From Collinsella aerofaciens (GTDB lineage: Bacteria; Actinomycetota; Coriobacteriia; Coriobacteriales; Coriobacteriaceae), in NCBI GenBank assembly GCA_048384935.1, contig DBEWII010000100.1, positions 858 to 64,857 of the forward strand: a stretch of 64,000 nucleotides of DNA. Direction: 5' to 3'. The translations under genes and the position numbers were made by a program. Below the pieces are notes generated by a model. The model saw only the letters and a list, made by a program, of their open reading frames with translations, was not told where the DNA came from and did no database searches. Below, one piece after another: positions 47,388 to 56,543 of this stretch (position 1 is the stretch's first letter; every line of letters starts with the position of its first letter).

Positions 47388-48106
47388 TCATCACTCTCTT
47401 TGGCAATCGGCTCAGCGGTAGTCGCGGTAGCCACGTCAGCATCAGATTCCGCAGAGGTATCCTTCCCCTGGGCCTTGACCGCCACCGGCGCCGGACCAAC
47501 CTGGATATCCCCGCGCGCCCAATCGCCATCGAGCGCACGCGCCACCCAGTGATAGATGGGAATCGTAAAGAAGACCAGCGCAGCAAAGGGGCCGGCACCA
47601 AACAGGAACATCAGTAAAAAGAACAGCAGCCAGCACACGGCCCAATACGGGAATGACTGGAACGGACCCTTCACCGGAGTCGGACCAGCCGCACCGGTAC
47701 CCGTCACCTGAGCCGTCGCCGCATTGGCAGCCTGCGCACTCCAGCTTGCCGCCTGCGCCGCCTTGGCTGCCGCGTCACTTGCCTGCGTTGCCGCCTCGGT
47801 GGCGCGCGCCGCCGCCTCATGGGTGCGGGCGCGCTCTGCCGCCTCGGCCTCGCGCTGACGAGCGCGGTCCTCGTTCTCAAACTCGATATCGTCCTCAATC
47901 TCATCGCTCGGATTGAGCAGCTCGTCCAGACTCACACCATAGAGCTTGGCGAGCGAGATCAGGTTCTCGGTATCGGGCGAGCTCTCCGCACGCTCCCATT
48001 TACTAACCGCCTGGCGCGACAGCCCCAGCTTTCGCGCCAGCCCTTCTTGGCTAAAGCCCTTGCTGCGGCGAAGGTCGGCGAGCCGCTGCGCAGTTTCTAC
48101 ATTCAT
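47384..48106 (-). CDS. membrane-tethered XRE-family HTH transcriptional regulator
   Basis: The HTH region LRRSKGFSQEGLARKLGLSRQAVSKWERAESSPDTENLISLAKLYGVSLDELL, then an Ala/Glu-rich linker, then two C-terminal TM helices. Start at MNVETAQ (ATG 48104-48106 rc, GGAGGAAC upstream). Confidence 0.8.
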   Translation of the reverse strand: MNVETAQRLADLRRSKGFSQEGLARKLGLSRQAVSKWERAESSPDTENLISLAKLYGVSLDELLNPSDEIEDDIEFENEDRARQREAEAAERARTHEAAARATEAATQASDAAAKAAQAASWSAQAANAATAQVTGTGAAGPTPVKGPFQSFPYWAVCWLLFFLLMFLFGAGPFAALVFFTIPIYHWVARALDGDWARGDIQVGPAPVAVKAQGKDTSAESDADVATATTAEPIAKESDE

Positions 48107-48373
48107 GGTTCCTCCTATGTGATGCCAGCCGTGCCGCCGGACCGTTTTTGTTCTTAAGGCGCCTTGCACAGTTAAAAATCTATCCGCCACCGCCAAAAGC
48201 ATGCCACCTATTCTAGTGAGATTTTTGACAACTGGCGGTTGCGGGCACATATGAGCTGCGGAAATGTGTCCAAACAAAGCAATGAGCCGCAGCTCGGTTG
48301 TCCCCGTTGCGGCGTTAACGGTAGTATGGTCATACTGTTTATTCCGCACCGCCAACGGAGGGAGTTCCGCGCC

Positions 48374-49246
48374 GTGAACCGCGATTTCGCCTCATCGCTC
48401 ATCCAGCTCAACAACACGTTCTATCGCGAGCACTCCGCCTCCTTTTCCGATACGCGCCAGGCCCCGTGGCCCGGCTGGGTGCGCACCATGGACATCGCGC
48501 TCGAACAGCTCGACGTCGCCACGATCGAGCATCCCGTCCGCGTCTTCGATCTCGCCTGCGGCAATATGCGATTCGAAAACTTTGCCGCCGGCGGCGCACT
48601 TGCCGCCAAGGGCGTCGACGGCGCAAACCCCTCGGCAGATGCCAGCTGCCCGTTTGAGTTCTATGGCGTCGACTCGTGTCAAGACCTGGCCATCGATGCA
48701 CATGGCCACGCGCTGCGCATTCCCAACCTGCACTTCCAGGAACTCGACGTGCTCGACGCCCTCATGAAGCTCAACCCCGCCGAAACACCCGACGTGCTTT
48801 TCGACGCCCCGCTCGCCGATATCTCGGTCTGCTTTGGCTTTATGCACCACGTGCCGTCGTGCGAGTACCGCGTACGCGTGCTCGACGCCCTGGTGCGGCA
48901 AACGCGCCCGGGCGGCATCATCGCCATCAGCTTTTGGGAGTTTATGAACGACGAGCGCATGGCGCGCAAGGCCGTTCGAGCCGAAGCCCGCGCCGAGCTC
49001 ACCCCGCCGTTTGAGGGTTACGATTCCGCACAGTTTGAAGCCGGCGACCACCTCATCGGCTGGCAAAACGACCGCCACGCCTACCGCTATTGCCATCACT
49101 TTGACGATCAGCAGATCACCGACCTGGTGCGCGGCGTCCGTACGTTCTACAAGAGCGGCGAGGTCCCCGTGCGCGAGCTTGAGCGCTTCCATGCCGACGG
49201 TCGTAGCGGCGAGCTCAACCGCTATGTGATTCTCAAGCGCCTGTAG
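48374..49246 (+). CDS. class I SAM-dependent methyltransferase
   Basis: Motif I VFDLACGNMRF. GTG at 48374 lies 10 nt after GGAGGG. Substrate unknown. Confidence 0.65.
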   Translation: MNRDFASSLIQLNNTFYREHSASFSDTRQAPWPGWVRTMDIALEQLDVATIEHPVRVFDLACGNMRFENFAAGGALAAKGVDGANPSADASCPFEFYGVDSCQDLAIDAHGHALRIPNLHFQELDVLDALMKLNPAETPDVLFDAPLADISVCFGFMHHVPSCEYRVRVLDALVRQTRPGGIIAISFWEFMNDERMARKAVRAEARAELTPPFEGYDSAQFEAGDHLIGWQNDRHAYRYCHHFDDQQITDLVRGVRTFYKSGEVPVRELERFHADGRSGELNRYVILKRL

Positions 49247-49363
49247 GCACCGACGACTCGCCGCCGAGCCGCACCACATCTTTCGGGCAATCTATGCCCG
49301 CCCTTTTCAACCCATTGACGGAACGCGCGGCCATGCGTTTCGCATTTATGACCAAGGAGCCTC

Positions 49364-50203
49364 ATGGGAGCCGTCCACGTTCGCACGCCTAAGAACTTTG
49401 TGCTCGAGGAGCGCCTGGAGCGCTACGCCGATGCGATCGAGACGAACCCCGAGGCTTATGCCGGAGATTGGCGCGAGGCTTGCGCGCCAGCTGGCAGCAA
49501 GCCCTTCGAACACCTTCACCTGGATCTTGGCTGTGGCAAGGGAACCTATCTGGTCGAGCGCGCCCACCGCGAGCCCGACACCCTCTTTATCGGCATGGAC
49601 CAGGAGCCCATCTGCATCGCCTATGCCGCGCAGAAAATCTGCGAACAGGGGCTATCCAACGCACTCGTCCTGCCCCGAGGCGCCGCATCGCTGCCACAGC
49701 TGTTTGCCGCAGGCGAGCTCGATGCCATCACCATTAACTTTCCCACGCCGCAGCCCAAGGCCAAGTACGCTAAAAAACGACTCGTCCATGTCGACCATCT
49801 GATGCTCTACCGCCCGCTCTTTTCAGCCGGCGCTACCGTCACACTGCGCACCGATAGCAAGCCGTTGCGCGATTACGCCCTGGGACAGTTTGCCGCGGCC
49901 GGCTACGATACGCTCTGGGTAAGCGACGACGTCCGCCGCGACCATCCCGAGCACCCCGAGACCGAATATGAATGCCGCACGCGCGAGATGGGTGCCGCCG
50001 TCTATGGCATTTGCGCCACACCTGGAGCGCAGCCCAGCGATGAACAGCTCGCGGCGGGCCGCGCGCAGGAGCAAAGCCTAGCCTGCTACCTGCCCGAAAA
50101 CCTCGATGCGCTCACCTATGTACCTCTGGGCATGGAAGAGGCCGTCGAGAACTTTAGAAACCGCGCCCGCAAAGGCAAGAAGCGCCTGCCGCAGGAGTCC
50201 TAG
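49364..50203 (+). CDS. trmB: tRNA (guanine-N7)-methyltransferase-like protein
   Basis: HLDLGCGKGTYL SAM motif and the ITINFPTPQPKAKYAKKRL block, which parallels the TrmB NFPDPWPKxRHxKRR signature. Confidence 0.75.
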   Translation: MGAVHVRTPKNFVLEERLERYADAIETNPEAYAGDWREACAPAGSKPFEHLHLDLGCGKGTYLVERAHREPDTLFIGMDQEPICIAYAAQKICEQGLSNALVLPRGAASLPQLFAAGELDAITINFPTPQPKAKYAKKRLVHVDHLMLYRPLFSAGATVTLRTDSKPLRDYALGQFAAAGYDTLWVSDDVRRDHPEHPETEYECRTREMGAAVYGICATPGAQPSDEQLAAGRAQEQSLACYLPENLDALTYVPLGMEEAVENFRNRARKGKKRLPQES

Positions 50204-50268
50204 GGGCTTCTGATGGTCGCGGCGTCGGCAAACAAGTGAAAATAGGCGTCAGCGAACGACCCTCAAAC

Positions 50269-50391
50269 CTAAGTGAGTAGACTTTTTTGCAATAGCCAAG
50301 CACAACCCGCATAACGAAAACTAAAACCGCAGGTAGAGCTCTTGCGCAAAAGCCATGTGCTCGCGATATTGCAAAAAGTCTACTCACTTAG
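50269..50391. repeat. 123-bp palindromic MITE-like element, copy 1
   Basis: Termini are CTAAGTGAGTAGACTTTTTTGCAAT ... ATTGCAAAAAGTCTACTCACTTAG. The arms pair over about 40 nt. Internal conserved box AAAACCGCAGGTAGA. Intergenic between trmB and the helicase gene. Confidence 0.75.
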
Positions 50392-50512
50392 CTGGCAACT
50401 GCACCAAACGGCTGGGCAGAACGCCCATTTCCTGCATTTTCTCGCGCGCTGGCACCCCGCACCGCCGCTACGCCATAATAGTTGGCGGACAATCGCGAGA
50501 GAAAGCAACCAC

Positions 50513-53194
50513 ATGGCACAGACCACGACAGATACCGCCGCCAGCACCGTCTCCGGCGCCGGGGCCGCCAGCTCATTCTCGGGCGGCACGGGAACCGAGG
50601 CAGAGTTCGGCTCGCTCGGCGCGCTCTCCCCCACCTGGTGGGAGCCCGAGGACGGCAGCGAGCCCGAGCCATGGCTCACGCCCGATCAAGCCTTCGAACG
50701 CTTCTTTGAATGGACGAGCGATCGCGGCATTGAGCTGTGGGACCACCAAGAAGAGGCCCTCATGGACCTGGCCGCCGGCGATCACGTCATTTTGGGCACG
50801 CCGACCGGATCGGGCAAGTCGCTCGTCGCGCTGGGTATGCTCTTTATGGGCATGGCGCAGGGCAAACGCTGCTACTACACGGCCCCTATCAAGGCCCTGG
50901 TCAGCGAAAAGTTCTTCGATCTGGTACAGGTGCTCGGCCGCGATAACGTCGGCATGATCACCGGCGACACGCATATCAACACCAAGGCGCCCGTCATCTG
51001 CTGCACGGCAGAGATCCTTGCCAACGACGCGCTGCGCGAGGGCGAAGATGCCGATGTGGGCTGCGTAGCCATGGATGAGTTCCACTACTTTGCCGACCCC
51101 GACCGCGGCTGGGCATGGCAGGTGCCGCTGCTCACCCTGCCCCACACGCAGTTTATGCTCATGAGTGCCACGCTCGGCGATGTCACCGCCATCGCCGCCT
51201 CGCTCGAGGAGCACACCGGCGCTGCTTGCGACCTGGTTGTCGACGCCCCACGCCCTGTTCCGCTGAGCTACGACTATGTGACGACCTCCCTCGAGGGCAC
51301 CGTCGAGCTCGCCATGCGCCGCGGAGAGGCCCCACTCTACATCGTGCACTTTAGTCAGGACGCCGCGCTTGCCACGGCACAGTCGCTTGCCAACTTTGGC
51401 ATCGCTAGCAAGGAGCAGCGCGAGGCCATTAAGGAAGCTGCCAAAGGCACGAGTTTCTCCACCGCCTTCGGCAAGATTCTCAAGCGCCTGCTCGGCTGCG
51501 GCGTCGGCGTGCACCACGCCGGTATGCTGCCGCGCTATCGCCTACTGGTTGAGCGCCTGGCGCAGCAGGGCCTGCTGCCCGTCATCTGCGGCACCGACAC
51601 GCTCGGCGTCGGCATCAACGTGCCCATCCACACCGTGGTGCTCACCGCGCTCACCAAGTTCGACGGTTACAAGATGCGTCGTCTGCGCGCCCGCGAGTTC
51701 CACCAGATTGCCGGTCGCGCCGGCCGCTCGGGCTTTGACACCGAGGGTATGGTAATTGCCGAGGCGCCGGAGCACGAGATCGAAAACGCCAAGCTCATGG
51801 CCAAGGCGGGCGACGACCCCAAAAAACTCCGTAAGATTAAAAAGAAAAAGGCCCCCGAGGGCTTTGTCACCTGGAACAAGCAGACCTTTGAGCGCCTGAT
51901 CGAGACGCAGCCCGAAACGCTCAAGCCACGCCTTCGCATCACACACTCCATGGTGATTAGCGTGGTCGAGCAGGGCGGCGACGCTCGCGCCCGCGTGCAC
52001 GACCTCATCGAGACGAGCTTGCAGGCCCCCGAGGAAAAGGCCAAGCTCGAGGTTCGCGCCGACGAGATCTTCGCAACGCTCATCGACTCCGGCGTCGTCG
52101 TGCGCACCGAGGTGCCGCCCGCACCCGACGCTCCGGCTGACGCCGCGCCGGACATCGACTACGCGCTGACGGTCGACCTGCCCGAGGACTTTGCCCTCGA
52201 TCAGCCGCTCTCGCCGTTCTTGCTTGCCGCGTTGGAGCTGCTCGAACCCGAGAGTGAGACCTATACCATGGATCTGATCTCGATGGTCGAGGCTACGCTC
52301 GAGGATCCCAAGCAGGTGCTGCGCGCACAGGAGCGCGCCGCGCGCGACCGCGCGATGGCCGAAATGAAGGCCGACGGCATAGAGTACGAGGAACGTCTGG
52401 AGCGCATTCAGGACGTCACCTACGAAAAGCCGCTCGAGGACTTGCTCGATGCCGCCTTCGACAAGTACTGCCAAGAAGTACCTTGGGCCAACGACTACCA
52501 GCTCTCGCCCAAGAGCGTCCTGCGCGACATGCTGGAGAGCGCGAGCGACTTTAAGGGCTATATCCAAAAGCTCGGCATCGCCCGCTCCGAGGGCATTTTG
52601 CTGCGCTACCTAGCAGAGGCCTACCGTTCACTCGACCGCACCGTGCCCATCGAGAAGCGCGACGAGCGCCTGCGCGACATTATCTCGTGGCTGGGCTTTG
52701 TGGTGCGCTCGGTGGACTCGAGCCTGGTGGATGAGTGGGAGAACGCCGGCAACCCGGCAGCCCTCGATGCTGCGCCGCCGCAGGGCATCGACGAGGTCGT
52801 GGCGGACCGTCGCGGCTGCACGCTATTGGTGCGCAACGCGCTCTTCCGCCGCGTGACCCTTGCCGCCCGCGAGCACGTTCGCGACCTGGGCGAGCTCGAC
52901 GACGACTGGGGCATGAGCGAGATCCGCTGGCAAAAAACACTCGACGCTTACCACGAGCAGCACGAGGAAATCCTCACCGACGGAGATGCCCGCAGCGCCG
53001 CGATGTTTTCCATCGACGAGTCCGACGAGAAGACCGCGCACGTATGGCACGTGCACCAGATCTTTGCCGACGAGGATGGCGACCACGACTTTGGCATCAT
53101 GGGCGATGTCGATCTGGACGCCACGCAAGACGGCGGCGAGGTCATCTTCAAAAACTACCGCGTTGGCTTTATCGAGGACCTGCTCGAGGACTAG
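50513..53194 (+). CDS. Ski2/HelY-like DEAD/DEAH-box helicase with DUF3516-like C-terminal region
   Basis: GTPTGSGKS, VAMDEFHYF and QIAGRAGRSG, plus a long C-terminal domain. Start at MAQTTTD (ATG 50513). Confidence 0.85.
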   Translation: MAQTTTDTAASTVSGAGAASSFSGGTGTEAEFGSLGALSPTWWEPEDGSEPEPWLTPDQAFERFFEWTSDRGIELWDHQEEALMDLAAGDHVILGTPTGSGKSLVALGMLFMGMAQGKRCYYTAPIKALVSEKFFDLVQVLGRDNVGMITGDTHINTKAPVICCTAEILANDALREGEDADVGCVAMDEFHYFADPDRGWAWQVPLLTLPHTQFMLMSATLGDVTAIAASLEEHTGAACDLVVDAPRPVPLSYDYVTTSLEGTVELAMRRGEAPLYIVHFSQDAALATAQSLANFGIASKEQREAIKEAAKGTSFSTAFGKILKRLLGCGVGVHHAGMLPRYRLLVERLAQQGLLPVICGTDTLGVGINVPIHTVVLTALTKFDGYKMRRLRAREFHQIAGRAGRSGFDTEGMVIAEAPEHEIENAKLMAKAGDDPKKLRKIKKKKAPEGFVTWNKQTFERLIETQPETLKPRLRITHSMVISVVEQGGDARARVHDLIETSLQAPEEKAKLEVRADEIFATLIDSGVVVRTEVPPAPDAPADAAPDIDYALTVDLPEDFALDQPLSPFLLAALELLEPESETYTMDLISMVEATLEDPKQVLRAQERAARDRAMAEMKADGIEYEERLERIQDVTYEKPLEDLLDAAFDKYCQEVPWANDYQLSPKSVLRDMLESASDFKGYIQKLGIARSEGILLRYLAEAYRSLDRTVPIEKRDERLRDIISWLGFVVRSVDSSLVDEWENAGNPAALDAAPPQGIDEVVADRRGCTLLVRNALFRRVTLAAREHVRDLGELDDDWGMSEIRWQKTLDAYHEQHEEILTDGDARSAAMFSIDESDEKTAHVWHVHQIFADEDGDHDFGIMGDVDLDATQDGGEVIFKNYRVGFIEDLLED

Positions 53195-53217
53195 CCGAAC
53201 ATACTGGAGCGAAACAA

Positions 53218-53255
53218 GCGGGGCCGTTGGCAATATCGCCAGCGGCCCCGCTTTT
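53218..53255. terminator. bidirectional terminator between convergent helicase and DUF2130 genes
   Basis: GCGGGGCCGTTGGC / GCCAGCGGCCCCGC 14-bp stem (one mismatch) followed by TTTTG. Confidence 0.7.
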
Positions 53256-53272
53256 GCACTATCTGCTATGCC

Positions 53273-55030
53273 TTACTCGGCATCCTCGACCTCATACGAA
53301 TCCGCCTCGGCTGGCTCATCGTTTGTCTCTGGCGCAGCCCCGCGTGCCTCGTCAAAGGCGGCCTTCATGGTCTTGTTGCCCCATGTGAGCTTGCGAATGG
53401 TAAGATCGTCGGCCTTCTTGTTGGCAAGGCGCAGATTGTTCTCGGAGGACAGCAACGCCTCCTTGGTTTTCTGCAGATGGCTAATCGTCTTGTCGATCTC
53501 ATCGATTGCCGTTTGGAACTTGCGGCTCGCGATCTCGTAGTTGCGGCCGAAGTCGTTCTTGAACTTTTCCATCTTGGCTTCGAAGTTCGTGACGTCGATA
53601 TTCTGCTGTTTGTACTCCGCCAGCTCCTGTTTATAGCGCAGCGAACCCATGGCGGCGTTGCGAAGAAGTGTAATCATGGGAATGAAAAACTGTGGGCGAA
53701 TCACGTACATCTTCTCGTAGCGATAGCTCACGTCCACGATTCCCGCGTTATAGAGCTCGCTCTCAGGCTCGAGTAGCGTGCAGAGCACCGCGTACTCACA
53801 GCCTTTCTGGCGACGATCGTGATCGAGCTTCTTAAAGAAGTCCTCGTTTTTGTGCTTGGTCGCGGTCTCGTCGTTCTCATTTTTCATCTCGAACATAATC
53901 GAAATGACCTCGTTGCCGCTCGCATCGCACTCGCGGAAGATAAAGTCGCCCTTGGTACCCTCGGACGCATCGTTGTCTTTCTCGAAGTACGCGTTGGGAA
54001 ACGCCGTCATGCGTAGGCGGTTAAACTCGGTCTCGCAGTGCTGCTCGAGCGACTCGCCCACCATCTTGGTGGACAGGCGCACCTTCATGTCCTTAAGGCG
54101 CTCAATCTCTTCATCCTTGTAGCGAATCAGGTCATCACTCGCGCGCTTGGCCTGCGCAAGCTCGAGCTCGTGTGCCGCCTTGGCCTGTTCCTCGCGAGAA
54201 TCGCGCACCGCCAGCTCGCTCGTCAGCTTGGCACGTGCCTCATCGCGCTCTCGCTCCGCCGCGGCGACCGCCTCCGACAGGTTCATTTTTGCCATCAGTT
54301 CCTGCTCGCGCAACTGGGCACGCAGACCCTCGGCCTCTTGCTCAGATTGTGCCTTTGCGGCGGAAAACTTCTCCTGTACCGTCGCGCGATAGTCAGTAAG
54401 CGCGCGCTCGGCCTCGCTGCGAGCGGCATCGAGCTCGCGCTGCGACTCAGCCGCAGCGGCGGCAAGCGCCATCTCCTGGGCCTTGTCCGCCGCGGCAAGC
54501 CTGGCCTGCAGCTCGGCAATCTGAGCATCACGTGCAGCTAAATCGTTTTGAGCAGCGTTGCGCGCCGCCGACTCGACGAGCTTAGCTTCGTCATCTTTGC
54601 GCTCCAGCTGCGCACGCAAATTGTCGATTTCTCGCTGAAGCTCGGCGTTTTCCTTTTGAGCGTCGGCACGGGCCTCAACCGCCGCGCGCTGGCTTGCACT
54701 CTCGCGCTCTGCGGCAGCGCCCTCGAGCTTGGCGCGCAGCTCGGCAAGCTCAGCATCGCGCTTGGCAACCTCTTGTGCCAGCTGTTGAGCTGCAGCGTTC
54801 TTCTGCTCGATAAGCTGAGCGTTGCGCTGAGACTCTGCCTTTTGCAAGGCAGCCGTCAAACGCGAGCGCTCAAGCTCCAGCGCCTGCTCGCCCTCGCGCT
54901 GGACTGCCTTCACACGCTCATCCAGGTCGCGCGAAAACTCGGAATCGCGCACTTGCTTGACAATATCCGCATAGCCAGACGCATCGACCTTAAAGACTTC
55001 GCCACAATGCGGGCACTTGATCTCATTCAT
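53273..55030 (-). CDS. DUF2130-family protein (zinc ribbon + long coiled coil + C-terminal nuclease-like domain)
   Basis: [32 protein letters not shown] is the characteristic DUF2130 N-terminus. About 250 aa of Ala/Glu/Gln/Arg coiled coil follow, then a conserved C-terminal globular domain. Confidence 0.8.
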   Translation of the reverse strand: MNEIKCPHCGEVFKVDASGYADIVKQVRDSEFSRDLDERVKAVQREGEQALELERSRLTAALQKAESQRNAQLIEQKNAAAQQLAQEVAKRDAELAELRAKLEGAAAERESASQRAAVEARADAQKENAELQREIDNLRAQLERKDDEAKLVESAARNAAQNDLAARDAQIAELQARLAAADKAQEMALAAAAAESQRELDAARSEAERALTDYRATVQEKFSAAKAQSEQEAEGLRAQLREQELMAKMNLSEAVAAAERERDEARAKLTSELAVRDSREEQAKAAHELELAQAKRASDDLIRYKDEEIERLKDMKVRLSTKMVGESLEQHCETEFNRLRMTAFPNAYFEKDNDASEGTKGDFIFRECDASGNEVISIMFEMKNENDETATKHKNEDFFKKLDHDRRQKGCEYAVLCTLLEPESELYNAGIVDVSYRYEKMYVIRPQFFIPMITLLRNAAMGSLRYKQELAEYKQQNIDVTNFEAKMEKFKNDFGRNYEIASRKFQTAIDEIDKTISHLQKTKEALLSSENNLRLANKKADDLTIRKLTWGNKTMKAAFDEARGAAPETNDEPAEADSYEVEDAE

Positions 55031-55087
55031 AGCAGCTCCTCGATGAACGCAAATTTCAACCGCCTACACTCTACCGCGCTGCACGGA

Positions 55088-55123
55088 CAAAAAAGGCGCC
55101 GCCGCCATAATGGCAACGGCGCC
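55088..55123 (-). terminator. intrinsic terminator after the metallophosphoesterase gene
   Basis: On the minus strand, GGCGCCGTTGCC-ATTAT-GGCGGCGGCGCC is followed by TTTTTT. A second hairpin, GGAACCACCGCAA/TTGTGGTGGTTC, lies at 55124-55163. Confidence 0.7.
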
Positions 55124-55170
55124 GGAACCACCGCAAAGGTGCCTATCCCTATTGTGGTGGTTCTGGCGCC

Positions 55171-55716
55171 CTATAGCCCAAAGAAGCTAAGAATCTGGTC
55201 GCGGCTTACGGGCTTGTACTCGTTGGCGTCGAGGCCGACATCGTAGCGAAAGATAGGACGTTCGCGGTCGCGATTGCGCACGTTGGTGCGGTCTCCTCTG
55301 CTGTGGATATGCCCGTGTAGCATGATGGCACCACGCGCCTTACCATTCCAGCTGAGCATGGGGTAATGGCTCATCACCAGACGATGGCCCTTGGCATAGC
55401 CGGGAGCAACCTCCAGGTAATCGCGCACGTCTTCCCAAATTTGCGGGGCGTCGGGATCTTCCCAGTCGCCGTCATGGTTACCGCAGATGAGCGTCACATT
55501 CTTGCATTCGATACGCTCGCGCAGGTGCACGGCGTCCGCTAGGGGCAAACGATAGGTAAAGTCTCCCAAGATATAGAGACGGTCGTCCGCCGCCACGCAC
55601 TCATTAATGGCATCGGTGACCCTGCGGTTCATCTCCTCGACCGAATCAAACGGTCGATCCATATCGTGCAAGATATTCGTATCGCCCAGGTGTAGGTCGG
55701 CGGTAAACCACATCAT
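55171..55716 (-). CDS. calcineurin-like metallophosphoesterase
   Basis: DLHLGD, GDFTYR, GNHDG and HGHIHS motifs in canonical order. 181 aa. Confidence 0.8.
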   Translation of the reverse strand: MMWFTADLHLGDTNILHDMDRPFDSVEEMNRRVTDAINECVAADDRLYILGDFTYRLPLADAVHLRERIECKNVTLICGNHDGDWEDPDAPQIWEDVRDYLEVAPGYAKGHRLVMSHYPMLSWNGKARGAIMLHGHIHSRGDRTNVRNRDRERPIFRYDVGLDANEYKPVSRDQILSFFGL

Positions 55717-55782
55717 CGTCTATGCCCTCATTTCGCAACGCGTCAAACTGGTGCTAAGTATACAGACACAGCGATGCGGCGG

Positions 55783-55962
55783 TTAGCCAAAGAGCCCGCC
55801 GAACAGTCCGCGGCGGCGCTTGTCTTGCTTTTTCGAAGCGTCACCCTGAGTTTTCTTGTCCTGCCGTTTCCTACGGCCCTGCTCCAACTCATCGTCATCG
55901 AGTAGCATATCCCATTCAAACGGATCATCCGTCAAATCGAACAGGTCATCGTCGTCAAACAT
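55783..55962 (-). CDS. 59-aa mini-protein with an acidic N-half and basic C-half (not in the ORF track)
   Basis: My hand translation is MFDDDDLFDLTDDPFEWDMLLDDDELEQGRRKRQDKKTQGDASKKQDKRRRGLFGGLFG. AAGGGAAG lies 5 nt upstream of the ATG. Sits 18 nt after the HIRAN gene stop. Confidence 0.35.
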   Translation of the reverse strand: MFDDDDLFDLTDDPFEWDMLLDDDELEQGRRKRQDKKTQGDASKKQDKRRRGLFGGLFG

Positions 55963-55980
55963 GGCAGCTTCCCTTACCGA

Positions 55981-56307
55981 TTAGCGAGCATCCACCACAT
56001 AGAGGCCAACGCGCACCTGATGCCACGGGCTGCGCTCGGGAGCAACCTGTTGCACGCGGGCCTCAAATACGTCCTCGTGGCCGTAATACATCATCAAGGA
56101 CAGCGGGCCGACCTCGTTTCCCGGAACATAGCCAAGCTTGGTGTTGCCGTAATAGATCGCAACCGCCTCAGGGTCATGGGGATTATCGCGCTCGGCACAC
56201 AGCGTCAGCTTATCGCCCGCTTTAAGATCGCCCAGGACCAAGGCGCCATCGGCATACTGAAATCCTGCAATGTGAAATGACAGAAGAACACGTGAAGGCT
56301 CGTACAT
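55981..56307 (-). CDS. stand-alone HIRAN-domain protein
   Basis: 108 aa. The blocks FHIAGFQY..L..GDKLTL..ERDNPHDPEAVAIYY....LGYVP match the HIRAN signature. Confidence 0.8.
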   Translation of the reverse strand: MYEPSRVLLSFHIAGFQYADGALVLGDLKAGDKLTLCAERDNPHDPEAVAIYYGNTKLGYVPGNEVGPLSLMMYYGHEDVFEARVQQVAPERSPWHQVRVGLYVVDAR

Positions 56308-56543
56308 AGCAGCTCCTCTAACAGCCGGATAAACCGGTGTGTAACCTTATTGAGAAGTCTACGGTCCCGTGCGGACACAAATACATCCTGTCTGCGTCCT
56401 TCAATCGTTTGCCTCAACGCTTGCGCGACAGAACGCTTGCAGATAAGATAGGAACACGGATGGCACCCGTTGCCGCGGGTCTTGCCAACTCCGATACACG
56501 TTTTCATCGTGAGAAGTGGCCGTCTTCGCTTACGCGGGGGCGG

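Noticed and set aside
47650-47900. Apparent nucleotide-level repetitiveness (GCC/GCG-rich) in the XRE linker, and similarly across 54100-54900 in DUF2130.
   Set aside because: This reflects Ala/Glu/Gln-rich coiled-coil or linker coding sequence. No exact DNA tandem unit could be defined.
55743-55928. The 61-aa ORF from the track (MIRLNGICYSMTMSW...).
   Set aside because: It has no RBS and an odd composition. A different frame gives a 59-aa ORF (55783-55962) with a good RBS and a coherent acidic/basic design, which I preferred. Both remain unproven.
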